Source: Macrostomum lignano (Eukaryota). Taken from it: DNA of 64,000 nucleotides. The translations under genes and the position numbers were made by a program. The DNA lies in NCBI GenBank assembly GCA_002269645.1, contig NIVC01002374.1:62001-126000 (forward strand). The letters are read 5' to 3'. Below the pieces are notes generated by a model, which searched no databases, was not told where the DNA came from, and worked only from the letters and a program-made list of their open reading frames with translations. Positions 1-11,204 of this stretch are shown one piece after another. Within the stretch, counting starts at the first letter, position 1, and each line of letters opens with the position of its first letter.

Positions 1-235
1 GCAGTCTGTCCAAGAACACGTCCAGCCAACCGGCCACCTGCTGCTGCAGCTCCTTGCCAAAGTCCCCAGCCGCGATGAGGCTGTGATAAAACTGGGCGAA
101 TTCCGCTTCAGTCGGGTAGCCGAGGTCGCCGTCAAAGTGGCCAACCAAGCGGCACTCGAGCTCCAGGAGGCTGGGCGATGGGGCAGGCGGCAGGAGTTGA
201 CGGATGAGGCGGCTCAGCCGGCCCGAGACGGCCTC
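1..235 (-). CDS. Cyclin-family gene, downstream exon (end of cyclin box; continues beyond left edge)
   Basis: Minus-strand acceptor ccctccttccccag at 236-249, then open frame EAVSGRLSRLIRQLLPPAPSPSLLELECRLVGHFDGDLGYPTEAEFAQFYHSL, matching the cyclin-box helix-5 pattern (LExxIL..L.fdL..PT...F). Joins in phase 0 to the exon ending at 1535. Confidence 0.8.
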
Positions 236-281
236 CTGGGGAAGGAGGGGTTCGGCTTAGTCAGTTAGTAAACAATTTTGT

Positions 282-750
282 ATGGATGGGGCTTCGAGTA
301 CTACTACTGGAAATCTTTGGACAACCTTACGCATACACAAGCTCACACAGGGTGTACATCGTCCGAGGTGGATCCCCGGGTACTCGGGCCAACCCGGCAA
401 CGAGTTGGCCGATTGCTCGACCGGTTATTTTACTGGTCCCCTGCCCGTGGATTCACCCCCACCCGACGTTGTCACCACTCGGATCAACCAGTGGGTGGCT
501 TCTATAAGCACAGGGAGAGGTGGGCTAACGCCCCCGACTGCCTGCAATCCCGCGCGGCTGTCGTCTGTTCTTCCTCCGCCCTCCGCAGGGCCCTGCTTAG
601 ACTCAACCGCAGGAACATCAGGGCAGTGACATCGGCACCTCCAGGGAAAAATCCGTAGCGAGGAACGCCCATTCTGCCTCTCAGGTGTCGAGAATGCGAA
701 GCACTTCATCTGTGAATGCCCCGCCTTTACTCAGGACAAGCTCCCCTGCA
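282..750 (+). mobile_element. Degenerate 3' fragment of a non-LTR retrotransposon (RNase H end plus CCHC finger; I/R1/LOA-like)
   Basis: [16 protein letters not shown] resembles the non-LTR RNase H motif WVPGHSGIPGNE.AD; downstream PFCLSGVENAKHFICECPAF resembles the C-terminal zinc knuckle. Frameshifted; lies antisense in the cyclin intron. Confidence 0.75.
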
Positions 751-1534
751 TCGGCTCAAACCAGCTAAGTCAAGTACATCGTCCAAGATTTTTCAAAGCC
801 AAAACAGTCCAAAATAGATTTGTTTCTAATAATCAATCTTTTGTAGCCTTCGGTCAGCTGTCGCTTTAAAATTTGCGGTAGTTGCTCCCAACCCCGGTCG
901 AGACTTAACAAACTAACAGACAATGGCTTCAATGAGTCCGTGAATATCTTGACGTAAACGCGGAACTCATAGCAAAGATTCGCATAAAAATTTATGACAA
1001 ACTGTTTTGTAGCCAAAATCATTGGTGGCAACAGTAGCTTGGAATTACTACTATAAATAGTAACGGAAGCTTAAAGACCTCTTAGTAATCGCACCGGAGG
1101 CTGATACGACGTTTTACGCTCAGCTTGTCATAGCAGCCCTAGTGTTAACACGTAAGATGGTCTTTGTGACTGTCTGGGTGGTGCACATGACCTGAAGGGT
1201 TCTTTGTGTGACCTTGGCGGCCTGGGCTGACGAAGTTGGGCTATGGGCGTCTTAGTGACCTATTTACATGTACGGGAGCGATACCAAGCGTTGAGCTTAG
1301 CAGTTACGATACCCAAAATCCAGAAAGGCTTCCATCGCCCATAGAGGCCCTTAATTTCCGCCGTGGATAGCCCATCAGAGCTTTAAGCTCCTGGAGGACC
1401 CATCACACTACTCAGCGGCCAGAGCCCAATCTTAGGGCTGATCGGCGCTGGCAACAGCTGGCACCCGGATTAACAGCAGCAACAATCCATACAGATAGAG
1501 AAAACAATAAATCTCATGCAAAATCAACCCAGAC

Positions 1535-2017
1535 CTGTTCGTGCAGCTTGGCAGCCAGGGACAGGCAGGCAGCAGCCAGCGGCAGAGGAGACGCAGCAGG
1601 TACCCATTCGGCAGCAACTCGGCCGAGGCATTCGGCAATTAGGTAGCGATCGAATAAGCTGGCGGCCAGGTGCAAAGTTGCTCGACTGAGGCTCAGCTGT
1701 CTGGCTGCCGCGGCCAGCCAGGCGATGGCGCCGCGACGATTGGCGCCAGTTAAAAGGCGCTGGCTGGCCGCGCTGCCTGGTGACGAGTCGTCGAACGGCT
1801 GCTTGGCCGCCCTGTGCAGCAGGTGGCTGTGGTACGCCAACGAGTCATCCGTCCAGGCGGCTTCAATGAGTTCGTCTGCTAACTGGACTGCGGCTGGCTC
1901 GATGGGAAGGAGCCGCTCGCCGGTGAGCCTGCTGCAGGCCGGAGTCGATCTGAGCAAGTTATGAGTTAGCAACTGATCAGCAGCTGCGGTATCATGGCTA
2001 ATCCGATTGTCAGACAA
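1535..2017 (-). CDS. Cyclin-family gene, exon with the N-terminal cyclin box
   Basis: RRGAIAWLAAAARQLSLSRATLHLAASLFDRYL...LAAACLSLAAKLHEQ is a cyclin box. Acceptor ctgtag immediately before 2017 (the track's TTG start); donor CAG|gtctgg at 1535/1534. Cyclin subfamily not assignable by eye. Confidence 0.85.
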
Positions 2018-2646
2018 CTACAGGTTGCATCTACCTCAAAGCGATACACCAAGTACAATGTGTACCAGCTGAACTCACAAACGAGACAAATATACAATTA
2101 TTCTCGTGCTTTGATTCTGGTTCCTTGTTCCCATTCAATGTAGTTTTAATCAATGAAAAACATTCTTTCAATTTTGATAAACACTACATGTACAATTCAA
2201 GGATGGTGAGCAGTTCGAGTATTTTATTCAAAGAGAGCCCAATTTAACACAAGTCTTTCATACTATTCAAACATTATACGCTCTAAGCCTTCAAAGCCTT
2301 CAACGATACATAGAACTAAAAGATAGACCAATCAAGACAATATGTACTCCACATAAATCAATAGTTAAAAATAAGAAAACTGAGACCTAGATAAAGGAAA
2401 TTAAAATAAAAAACTTGTCTAAGCAAATTTAAGATGAAATTATTCCTTAAAATAACTATTCAATATAGGATTCAGAATGTACTAAATAATATTTAAAAGT
2501 ATTTTGCTAGTTACTTTTTCATTGGGATAAAAAATTAAATTTTATTTAAATTATAAAATTAAATCTCATGTTATTATTTGGTATAACTAGTATAATCTAT
2601 ATTCTTAACAAATAACTATTTAATTAAAGTAAACAAAAATTATATA

Positions 2647-2670
2647 TCCATATACTAAAAATGGTCTGTC
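2647..2670 (+). mobile_element. Helitron-like 5' terminus remnant
   Basis: a|TCCATATACTAAAAATG followed by gtctgtct; the same 17-mer starts the element at 39907. Confidence 0.4.
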
Positions 2671-3252
2671 TAGGTATATCTTATGCTATCTTTTTTATTT
2701 GAAAATAATTCATTTTATAATATTAGATTTTTTCTATTAAGTAAGCCCAGCCCATGGCATGTCAGTGTAGAGTTATTTATTAAATTTCGCAAAATGTATT
2801 TTTTAGATTCAGAAAAAATATAGGCAATGCATGATAGAATACAAATAAAAATATTAAACTGAAGTATAAAAACTATAAAAAAGTTCAAAGGTAAAAGAAA
2901 GGCTTAAAATACTGAAATTTGAGGAAACACACAATTATAAATATATATTTAGTACTATGTATATAGTAACTAGTACTAATTACTGCATTCAGTAGGCTGT
3001 TAGACAGCAAAATATCTCTTAGAGTATTATATTTTAAAATGTCCGAAAACGATCTCGCACTTACGTTGTTTTTTCTACTATTTCATTAAAAAACGCTGAA
3101 TCGTTTGTTTCTGATCCGCTGTAAATACCTGCATTGTTATTGCAATTCTCAATAATAGATGAATTTATACTTGGCGTGCAGTAAGTTGGTCCAGAGTACA
3201 TGGTCATTAGATTCACTCCAACTGTACAATGCAAAAAGACTGGTGGGTATAC

Positions 3253-3261
3253 CTGCTTCAT
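3253..3261 (-). CDS. Putative first coding micro-exon (MKQ) of the cyclin gene
   Basis: aaaATGAAGCAG|gtatac, phase 0, supplies the ATG missing from the 1535-2017 exon; preceded by a GC-richer UTR-like stretch. Confidence 0.45.
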
Positions 3262-4614
3262 TTTCAAGATTCCGGCCGGCTGCAGCAGTAAAATATGCAA
3301 ACCGCCGCACCCGCAAAAGAAAAAACTACGCGATAACGATTTTTTTCTGCGCCAGGCCGAACTTTCATAGATGTGCCTCACTGTATTAATGCAAGAATTA
3401 ATTCTTAAAATACCTTAAGAACTTTTTTCTTTCTATCAAAATTACTCACAAAATATTAGTAATAATTTATTTATAGCTTTAGTTTCTATCAACTATTGTA
3501 ATATTTGTTATATTTATTTACCTGAATCATTGAACCCTTGAAATTTTGTACACGTACATGTACACTAAACTCCCCCTGCTAATAAAGAGGCTAGCCTTGT
3601 CCCGGTACAACCTGCTTTTGTGCACCAGGGTTTCAAGAAACAGTACATATATAAATCGAATCTGGCAAAAATGAGCTTTAAATCAATATCAATTAAAGCT
3701 GCAGCTGCATGCAGCTTCATAAATAAATCAGCTGCTCAGCTCAATCCCGGGGTCCTTGGCAAGAACCATGCAGATACCAATTTTGGAATGACCAAATAAT
3801 AGTCCACAGTGAAACCTTCACTACACAACTATATTAAAATGCAATAGAGTAACATGTTATGCGTGCTAAATAAAAAGAATGGTTATCTTTATAACTGGCC
3901 CTAGATCAAATCCAATCATTGATTTTGTGACGAAAAAATGATTTTCTCCTATCTCCGCAGTGTATTTTTTCCAGGAAATCGACCTCCTAAAAATTTACAC
4001 GATCTTTGAGTTTTACGTCCTGCTATATACAGGGTGGTCCTTGGGTCCACGTCACACACCATCATGGATGCTCCAAAACGGCCGCAAGCCAAGCCGCGAA
4101 CAACCTTCATATACCCGCGCCTCCGGATCCCGCGTGCGGGGGCTGCATTACTAGTGCTGCGGATACATGTACCCATCATTGGGACGACGGAACCCCGCCG
4201 CAATAGCACCTTGAGGACCAGCATGCAGAAACCAGAGCTCCTGTTTCTGAAGTTAAACTACATGTATAATGACATTTGACATTTGTATTATTAAATTTTG
4301 CAAATATTTATCTATGCAGAATTTGTTGAACTAAATAAAATAGTTACAACTATCTATTGCATTCTTTTCTCAGTTTTCTGTATGTTTAGTGTGGCAAATG
4401 CATAGAATTTCGAAGTTGCAATGCAACTAGGCCTAGCATTTTTTTATTTTTTTCATTTTCAAATATTGTTAAAAGGAAAAAAAATCTTAATAATTATTTT
4501 TATAAAAGCTTTAATAAACCTTTATATTTATATAGTTCATATGTAGCAACAAATAAATTCATATGAATGAGATCCAATTTATAGTGACATTATATTATAC
4601 ACATTAAGTATTTT

Positions 4615-5170
4615 GGCAATTTTCCTTTTCTGTATGTTAAATTATTTTTTCAATGGAAACATATTGGGAACATTGTGAAACACTAAAAAATGATGTAACT
4701 GAATAGAACAAGTGTAGTGTTGATTAGTGTTCACTTAGCACTCAGCACTCTGGTCTCTGCAGTGGTATTTATATGACATAGTAGTGGGCAATCCAGTAGA
4801 GCATGTTGCCGAAGGTGTTGGTGGGATGCATTTTGTGCCATATGAATTCTTCTAGGTAGGACTCAAACAGAGCATTACTAGTACCATGCATGGCACAAAA
4901 TTTGGCCTTGCAGTGCCGCAGTGCGCCCATGTCCCCTCAATGAGGTTTGTGTGTGCAGCACTGTTAGGTCCTGAGGATTAACAAATGCCAGCTGGTGGTT
5001 CACAACTTGGTGGTATACACCTGTAGCCTGAAGCTGGGCATAAGGTCCAGCCATGTTGTTCAAGATATGATGATCAGGCTAAAAATTTACATCATTTTTG
5101 AGTGTTTCACAATCTTCCCAATACGTTTCCATTGAAAAAATAATTTAACGAACGGAAAAGGAAAATTGCT
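4615..5170 (-). mobile_element. Non-autonomous Merlin (IS1595/ISXO2-like DDE) DNA transposon
   Basis: 84-bp imperfect TIRs (4615-4698, 5087-5170) beginning GG; exact 8-bp TSD AGTATTTT (4607-4614, 5171-5178); internal frameshifted fragment ~4769-5075 reading Y..L...YHQVVNH...FVNP...HTQT-IEGTW..K.KF..MHGTS...SYLEEFIW..., the Merlin transposase C-terminus. Confidence 0.9.
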
Positions 5171-6150
5171 AGTATTTTATTATATGATAAATAGCTAGAA
5201 AAGTTTAACTTGAAAAATAAAATTCTATTACTATTATACAATAATTTACATTAGGAGATGCATCTTAGATTAAAACAAAAGCACTATACATACATATAAA
5301 ATAGATGCAATCCTACAATCTATAAAATCTACAAAAAATATTTTGCTAGATTGTCTATTGCTAGATTGATTAGAAGCCATTGGCATTAGTAACTTGATAT
5401 ATATCAAATATAAATAGGATATTATAGTTACTAATAGTTGCATTGTCACAAATCTTGAATTTTTTGAGATCTTAAGATTAAGATTGAGAAAAGTGCTAAG
5501 ATCTTGATGATCAAGATTGAGTTTAAGATCTTGTCTGACCCCTAGGCTTAGTTGTAAAGTACCACTGTAATGTCAGCTTTGCTAGCAACAATTTTCATTC
5601 ATTTTTCTAAAGCTTTGCTCAGTCTGCTGATGGTCAAAATCTAGTAACCAATTAGAATTGTTCCTTTAACTTCTGCTACATTTGCAATATAAAGAAAGGG
5701 TTTGTCTATACTGCATCTGCATCAAATAGTAGTTGGAGTTGAGGCTTTAGGTTTTGCAAGTTACCTTGGAAATTGCCATTCTTTTTCATGCAATCTTTTT
5801 GCTACTAGGCCTAGTTGTTCAATGTGCTAATAGGCCTAGTCTAATAGATGCTACGAACTATTGTTTCTTTTATAATACATTCAAAAATATTGGTTTTGCA
5901 ATCTTTTGGGCACTGCTATTCACCTCAATTGAGTGCTTTGTTCATAAGCCAATATCATTTATTTTATTTGATAACCTAATATATGGTCTTTTATTTTAGG
6001 GCACATCTTACTCTTCTGCAATAGGCCTAGTTGCAAATGAAGCTAATAGGCTAATAGCCAGTTCAACCTGAGCTCTGCAGTCTCAAAGTCATGGAGACTT
6101 TTATATCCTAAATTTTTAATATTTTTGTAAAATCTTGTTTGCCTATTATA

Positions 6151-6787
6151 TAGTGTTCCGCCATAAGGAGGGTCCATGTACCATAGCTGTAGCTGTAAGC
6201 AAAACTATGGCTTATTCCAATTCTCCATATTCTGTAGCCGCAGGGACCCCAAAATTACCATATTCCCATAGTTCCCATAGCTATAGCCATAGTTTTAACA
6301 AAGTATAAAAAAATATTTTGAATCAAGACGATAACCTAGTGCTTAAACAACTGCAAATTAAATTAGAAAATAAAAGAAACACTCGATTGCCTTTGTAAGA
6401 TTATATTTTGTCTTTTTTCAGAGCAACAATGCTTAATTGCTACTGAAAGTACTAACGCTAAACTTTTCAGATTAATAAAAGTTAGAGTTTGCTAGTGTTT
6501 TATTGTACTTTTTAGGTATATTTTATAAGTTTCTAGGTTGATAATACAGTTTACTAAAAGTATATTTGTTTTACTCTACCTGTTTCTAATATTTTTTTTC
6601 AATTTTTAACATTAATAACTATGGCTACGGGAATCTATGGAATGTGACAGCAACTACCATATTTCCGTAGTTGTAGCTGTAAGAGCAGCTAGCTACTGTA
6701 GGCGGATCCGTAGCTGCCGTACGCACCTATTTTACCATATTTGCCATAGGATCCCATAGCCATAGCTATAGCTACAGCGGAACAATA
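6151..6787. mobile_element. hAT-like MITE
   Basis: 11-bp TIR TAGTGTTCCGC / GCGGAACAATA (1 mismatch); exact 8-bp TSD CTATTATA (6143-6150, 6788-6795); subterminal ccatagc-type repeats; no coding capacity. Confidence 0.75.
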
Positions 6788-7093
6788 CTATTATATATTA
6801 GGCTACAACCTACTATTAGGCACTGTGGTCATTTTAAATAATTTGAAACAGTGTCTTTTGGCCTGAATTATATATTTTATTAGCCTAGTAATTATTTTTT
6901 GTTATAATTTTATATTTTTATATAATTTTATATATTTTGAATAGCTTTTTATTCTACAACTCACCATTTCTATTCAATTTTAAAAACACAAAAGCCCCCT
7001 ATTTTTGTTTCACTTATTTAGACTTGTCTTTCAATGAAAAAAATAATATAGCAGTGTAGCCTAGGGTCTAGTTTGTTATTATCCTAATAAAAC

Positions 7094-7095
<2 letters not shown>

Positions 7096-7127
<32 letters not shown>
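7096..7127. repeat. (TA)n microsatellite
   Basis: Pure TA run. Confidence 0.9.
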
Positions 7128-7130
<3 letters not shown>

Positions 7131-7449
7131 TGAATTTTTTCTTGATGAATAAGTAATTTCTTTCTTTCAAGTTCATGTTTGCTTTTTTCAAATATGCATT
7201 TTCTACATATTTGTACTCAATGACTTAACATAATATAGACCCTATATATTGGAATATAAAGATGAAAAGATAAAGATAAATTAAATTAAATATGAAAAGC
7301 CATATCTCTTAATTTTATTTTTTAGACAATGTAATTAAAGACAATGGATAGTTCTTCTTTACCTATATTTTCCTATTAGGACAGGTGTTGGGCCTAGTCT
7401 ATTATTATTATTGTGTATTTCAGACTGACAACTAGATTACAAATTAAGC

Positions 7450-7842
7450 ATGCAAGTGGTTAACGAATGCAACCAGGTGCTTACTAATGCCGAGGTGTAC
7501 GAACTCCTTGATGGCATTCGAAAAAGCAAGCGTGCCGTTGGACAGCGCAACTCAGCCTTGAAGAACCTGGCCACCCTGACTCACACGGCTCATAAATTCC
7601 TCGCTGAGCAGACGCCTGCCCCTACTCAGACCAGCTCAGCCATTACTGCCTTCCTTACTGACATCCGCCAGTTCAACCTGAGCCGGCAGGAGGCTCTGCA
7701 GCTGGTGAACCTGTGTCCCCGGTCACCAGTTGAAGTTCACGTCATTGTCGATGATTGCGACCAGCGACTGACTGACGAGCAGGTGCAGATGCTGCTGGAT
7801 CTGGTAGCTAAGTGGTTTCCAGATAGCTCCAACTCTACCTGA
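7450..7842 (+). CDS. CRCP: RNA polymerase III subunit RPC9 (CGRP receptor component), intronless CDS
   Basis: MQVVNECNQVLTNAEVYELL...NLATLT...LSRQEALQLVNLCPRSPVEVHVIVDDCDQRLTDEQVQMLLDLV closely follows the RPC9/RPC17 pattern (LSNYEVFQLL...[40 protein letters not shown]). Acceptor ttcag at 7421-7423 in the 5' UTR. Confidence 0.92.
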   Translation: MQVVNECNQVLTNAEVYELLDGIRKSKRAVGQRNSALKNLATLTHTAHKFLAEQTPAPTQTSSAITAFLTDIRQFNLSRQEALQLVNLCPRSPVEVHVIVDDCDQRLTDEQVQMLLDLVAKWFPDSSNST

Positions 7843-7984
7843 CTGACTGTGGCATTTTACTGCACTGCTCTGTATTAAATAGCATTTTACTTGCATATCG
7901 CATCGGAAATATAGGTTCTACAAATATTCAATTGTAATTGAAATTATTAACTTGTTTACTTCAAATTTGATCTATTATTTACAA

Positions 7985-9651
7985 CAAGCTGTTGAAACCC
8001 GCGGATTTTGAACCTGGGGAATTCAAATCCCCGGAGCCATTTTTGCATGTATTTTAAAATCCAAAGTCATACTCAAAACTTGTTAATAGTTGGATAGAGG
8101 TGTGAACGAAACTTGATATAAATGTGTATTAAAAAGTATATTTCTAGAATAGAATAAAGCAGAACAGAATAGAAACTAAGACTACACAAACGCTTACAGC
8201 ATTAGGACAGTATAGAATCTGTCTGAATATTTTTAAGTAAAGGAGATGGGATTAATACGTAGCTTTCAAGCATAACAAAAAAGAAGCTGTACAGCAGTTG
8301 CTGTCTAAGACTAAGTAAAAAAAGAAAAGTAATTGTACTGTTTAAGTAGGCTATTCTAGAGAAACTAAGCAGAGTGAATATGCAGGACAACAGCAAAACC
8401 GATAAGGAACAATAACATATTTGGGGAGTGATAAAAAACATTTTAGTATTCAAACTGCAAATTAACAGTAGAAGTACCAAGCTTTATTCTGCCAACTTTC
8501 TTTGCAAATCAATCTTCTAGTTCTTTTCTTCTAGACCTAAACACTGATCTCTGTCCCGCTCCTGTCGTTGCTGAGTCTGGACAGTCGTTTCATTGCGTCG
8601 TGCCTCTGCGGTCTGATCTCTGTCCCGTTCCTGTCGTTGCTGAGTCTGGACAGTCGTTTCATTGCGTCGTGCCTCTGCGGTCTGATCTCTGTCCCGCTCC
8701 TGTCGTTGCTGAGTCTGGACAGTCGTTTCATTGCGTCGTGCCTCTGCGGTCTGATCTCTGTCCCGTTCCTGTCGTTGCTGAGTCTGAACAGTCGTTTCAT
8801 TGCGTCGTGCCTCGGCTGTTTGCTGTCTTTTTTGTTCACGTCGTCTTTCTTCCCAATTTGCAGCCCTGAGAGGAACCTGTGTACTTCCAGTTCCATCGGA
8901 AGTGCTGGCGCCGGCTGCTGATGTCGATGATCTTGTCGGTGGTCGAAGGCTTCTTTTCTGGGCTTGTTCTCCTAAGGCACTTGCACTCGATCTGGCCTGG
9001 GCAGAGCTACCTGTGTTGTCTGCTTCCTCTGTGCTATGTGATGTTCCTGCTTCAGCCGCATTGCTTTGCCTTGTAGATCTCCATCGTCTAGCTGCAGCAG
9101 TGAAACGACCCAATGCGCTTTTCTTTGGGGGCATTTGAATTTTAAAGTGCCTTTAAATAGGACTTAGTGTTACAAATTCTATTTTGTGTGACTAATTCAG
9201 GAATCAGGATTGCATCGTATCGCTTTTTGTACCACAGACAACTATGCTAGTCTTATCGATTGCCATCTTCCTCATCCAAGAAAGAAAGAAAGGCAGGCGG
9301 GCGGAGGTTGGGGTGGCTGTCTCGCTAAAAAAAAACAGCCAAACTTTAAAAGTGCACAGCGCCGCTCAGGATTAACTTTGAGACTCGAAATTTTACACGA
9401 TTGTGTCAAAATAGTTGAAAATTGATTGTGTCAAATTTGAAGAGGATCGGTAGAAGTGGAGCGGCGCTATGGAGGATTAAGTGAAAAAATCGCGCATTTT
9501 GAGCAGTTTTTTGTACTTTTAGGTAGGAAGACTCAAATTTAGGAAATTTTAAGGTAGCCTAAGACATTCTCCGTAGTAAGTTTAGGGTGGGTGTAAAGTT
9601 TGGTGTAATTTGGTTGAGCGGTTTGGGAGTCCATAGCGAAGTAATTTGTCC

Positions 9652-9684
<33 letters not shown>

Positions 9685-9707
9685 GTTTTGATTTTTATAT
9701 GTAGAGA
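7985..9707 (-). mobile_element. Internally deleted non-autonomous Helitron
   Basis: Minus strand begins A|TCTCTACATATAAAAATC...(CTGT)n...ctcccaaaccgctcaaccaaatt (typical Helitron 5' end) and ends ccgcgggtttcaacagCTTG|T (CTRR-like end after GC-rich palindromes); inserted at A|T. A second copy of the 3' end is at 62739. Confidence 0.8.
8517..9134 (-). CDS. Truncated Helitron RepHel N-terminus with 23-aa STPR-like repeats
   Basis: MPPKKSALGRFTAAARR... start and 69-bp repeats ETTVQTQQRQERDRDQTAEARRN (E1, R9, N23 as in STPR repeats); no Rep or helicase motifs follow. Confidence 0.7.
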   Translation of the reverse strand: MPPKKSALGRFTAAARRWRSTRQSNAAEAGTSHSTEEADNTGSSAQARSSASALGEQAQKRSLRPPTRSSTSAAGASTSDGTGSTQVPLRAANWEERRREQKRQQTAEARRNETTVQTQQRQERDRDQTAEARRNETTVQTQQRQERDRDQTAEARRNETTVQTQQRQERDRDQTAEARRNETTVQTQQRQERDRDQCLGLEEKN

Positions 9708-9794
9708 TTTATAGCACTCCCTATAGACATAGAACGCGGCAATTTAGATCTAGAAATAATTTAAATTCTGATTAGGAATTACCCCGTATGGCAT

Positions 9795-10707
9795 AGAGGA
9801 CTCTCTATGCTGATCGGGAATGGCCCCATAAAGGACTCTATGCTGATCGGGAATGGCCCCATAAAGGACTCTATGATGATCGGGAATGGCCCCATAAAGG
9901 ACTCTATGATGATCGGGAATGGCCCCATAAAGGACTCTATCCTAATCGGGAGTGACCCCATAAAGGACTCTATCCTAATCGGGAGTGACCCCATACTGTA
10001 AAGGACTCTATCCTAATCGGGAGTGAACCCATAAAGGACTCTATCCTAATCGGGAGTGACCCCATAAATGACTCTATCCTAATCGGGAGTGACCCCATAA
10101 ATGACTCTATCCTAATCGGGAGTGACCCCATAAATGACTCTATCCTAATCGGGAGTGACCCCATAAATGACTCTATCCTAATCGGGAGTGACCCCATAAA
10201 TGACTCTATCCTAATCGGGAGTGACCCCATAAATGACTATCCTAATCGGGAGTGACCCCATAAATGACTCTATCCTAATCGGGAGTGACCCCATAAATGA
10301 CTCTATCCTAATCGGGAGTGACCCCATAAATGACTCTATCCTAATCGGGAGTGACCCCATAAAGGACTCTATCCTAATCGCGAGTGACCCCATAAAGGAC
10401 TCTATCCTAATCGGGAGTGACCCCATACTGTAAAGGACTCTATCCTAATCGGGAGTGAACCCATAAAGGACTCTATCCTAATCGGGAGTGACCCCATAAA
10501 TGACTCTATCCTAATCGGAGTGACCCCATAAAGGACTCTATCCTAATCGAGAATGACCCCATAAAGGACTCTATCCTAATCGGGAGTGACCCCATAAATG
10601 ACTCTATCCTAATCGTGAGTGACCCCATAAAGGACTCTATCCTAATCGGAGTGACCCCATAAAGGACTCTATCCTAATCGGAGTGACCCCATAAAGGACT
10701 ATCCTGA
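9795..10707. repeat. 33-bp minisatellite (aaggactctatcctaatcgggagtgaccccata)
   Basis: Roughly 27 copies with frameshifting indels; source of the MGSLPIRIESF ORFs. Confidence 0.95.
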
Positions 10708-10790
10708 TGTGAATAGATTGCTGAAATTCACAGCGGTGACAAGATGTGATCAGCAGCCGTTACGCCTCCGCAGTTTCAGCGGCAGTTGCC

Positions 10791-11144
10791 ATGGACGTAG
10801 AGGAAACTTTCCGCCGGCTTCAGTCGCACAAAAGCGTCATTGGGGTGCTGGTGGTCAGCCAAGATGGCGTCCCGATCCGCAGTTCATTCCCAGATCGGGA
10901 CCAGACTCAGCGCTACTGCTCCATGTCCCAGCAGCTGGCTCAGGGCGCCCGAGCTACCCTGGCCGCCTGCGACTCGCCACTGATTGGCGACAGCGGGGCC
11001 GGCAGCATCGGCAGCGAGCTCGTGTTTCTGCGACTGCGTACGAAACGCGGCGAACTGCTTGTGGCGCCTGATCGGGACTTCCTGCTGGCCGTGCTGCTGG
11101 AACTGGCCAGCAGTGGTGACATTGGATCCGGTCTGGCCGGCTGA
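10791..11144 (+). CDS. DYNLRB: Dynein light chain roadblock-type
   Basis: gccATGG context; MDVEETFRRLQSHKSVIGVLVVSQDGVPIRS...ELVFLRLRTKRGELLVAPDRDFLLAV is the roadblock/LC7 signature. Confidence 0.92.
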   Translation: MDVEETFRRLQSHKSVIGVLVVSQDGVPIRSSFPDRDQTQRYCSMSQQLAQGARATLAACDSPLIGDSGAGSIGSELVFLRLRTKRGELLVAPDRDFLLAVLLELASSGDIGSGLAG

Positions 11145-11204
11145 GTTGGTTGTGGCGCGTCTCTCACCTGACTTAACCTAATGTTAGCGTCTCTTGTGTC
11201 TGTC

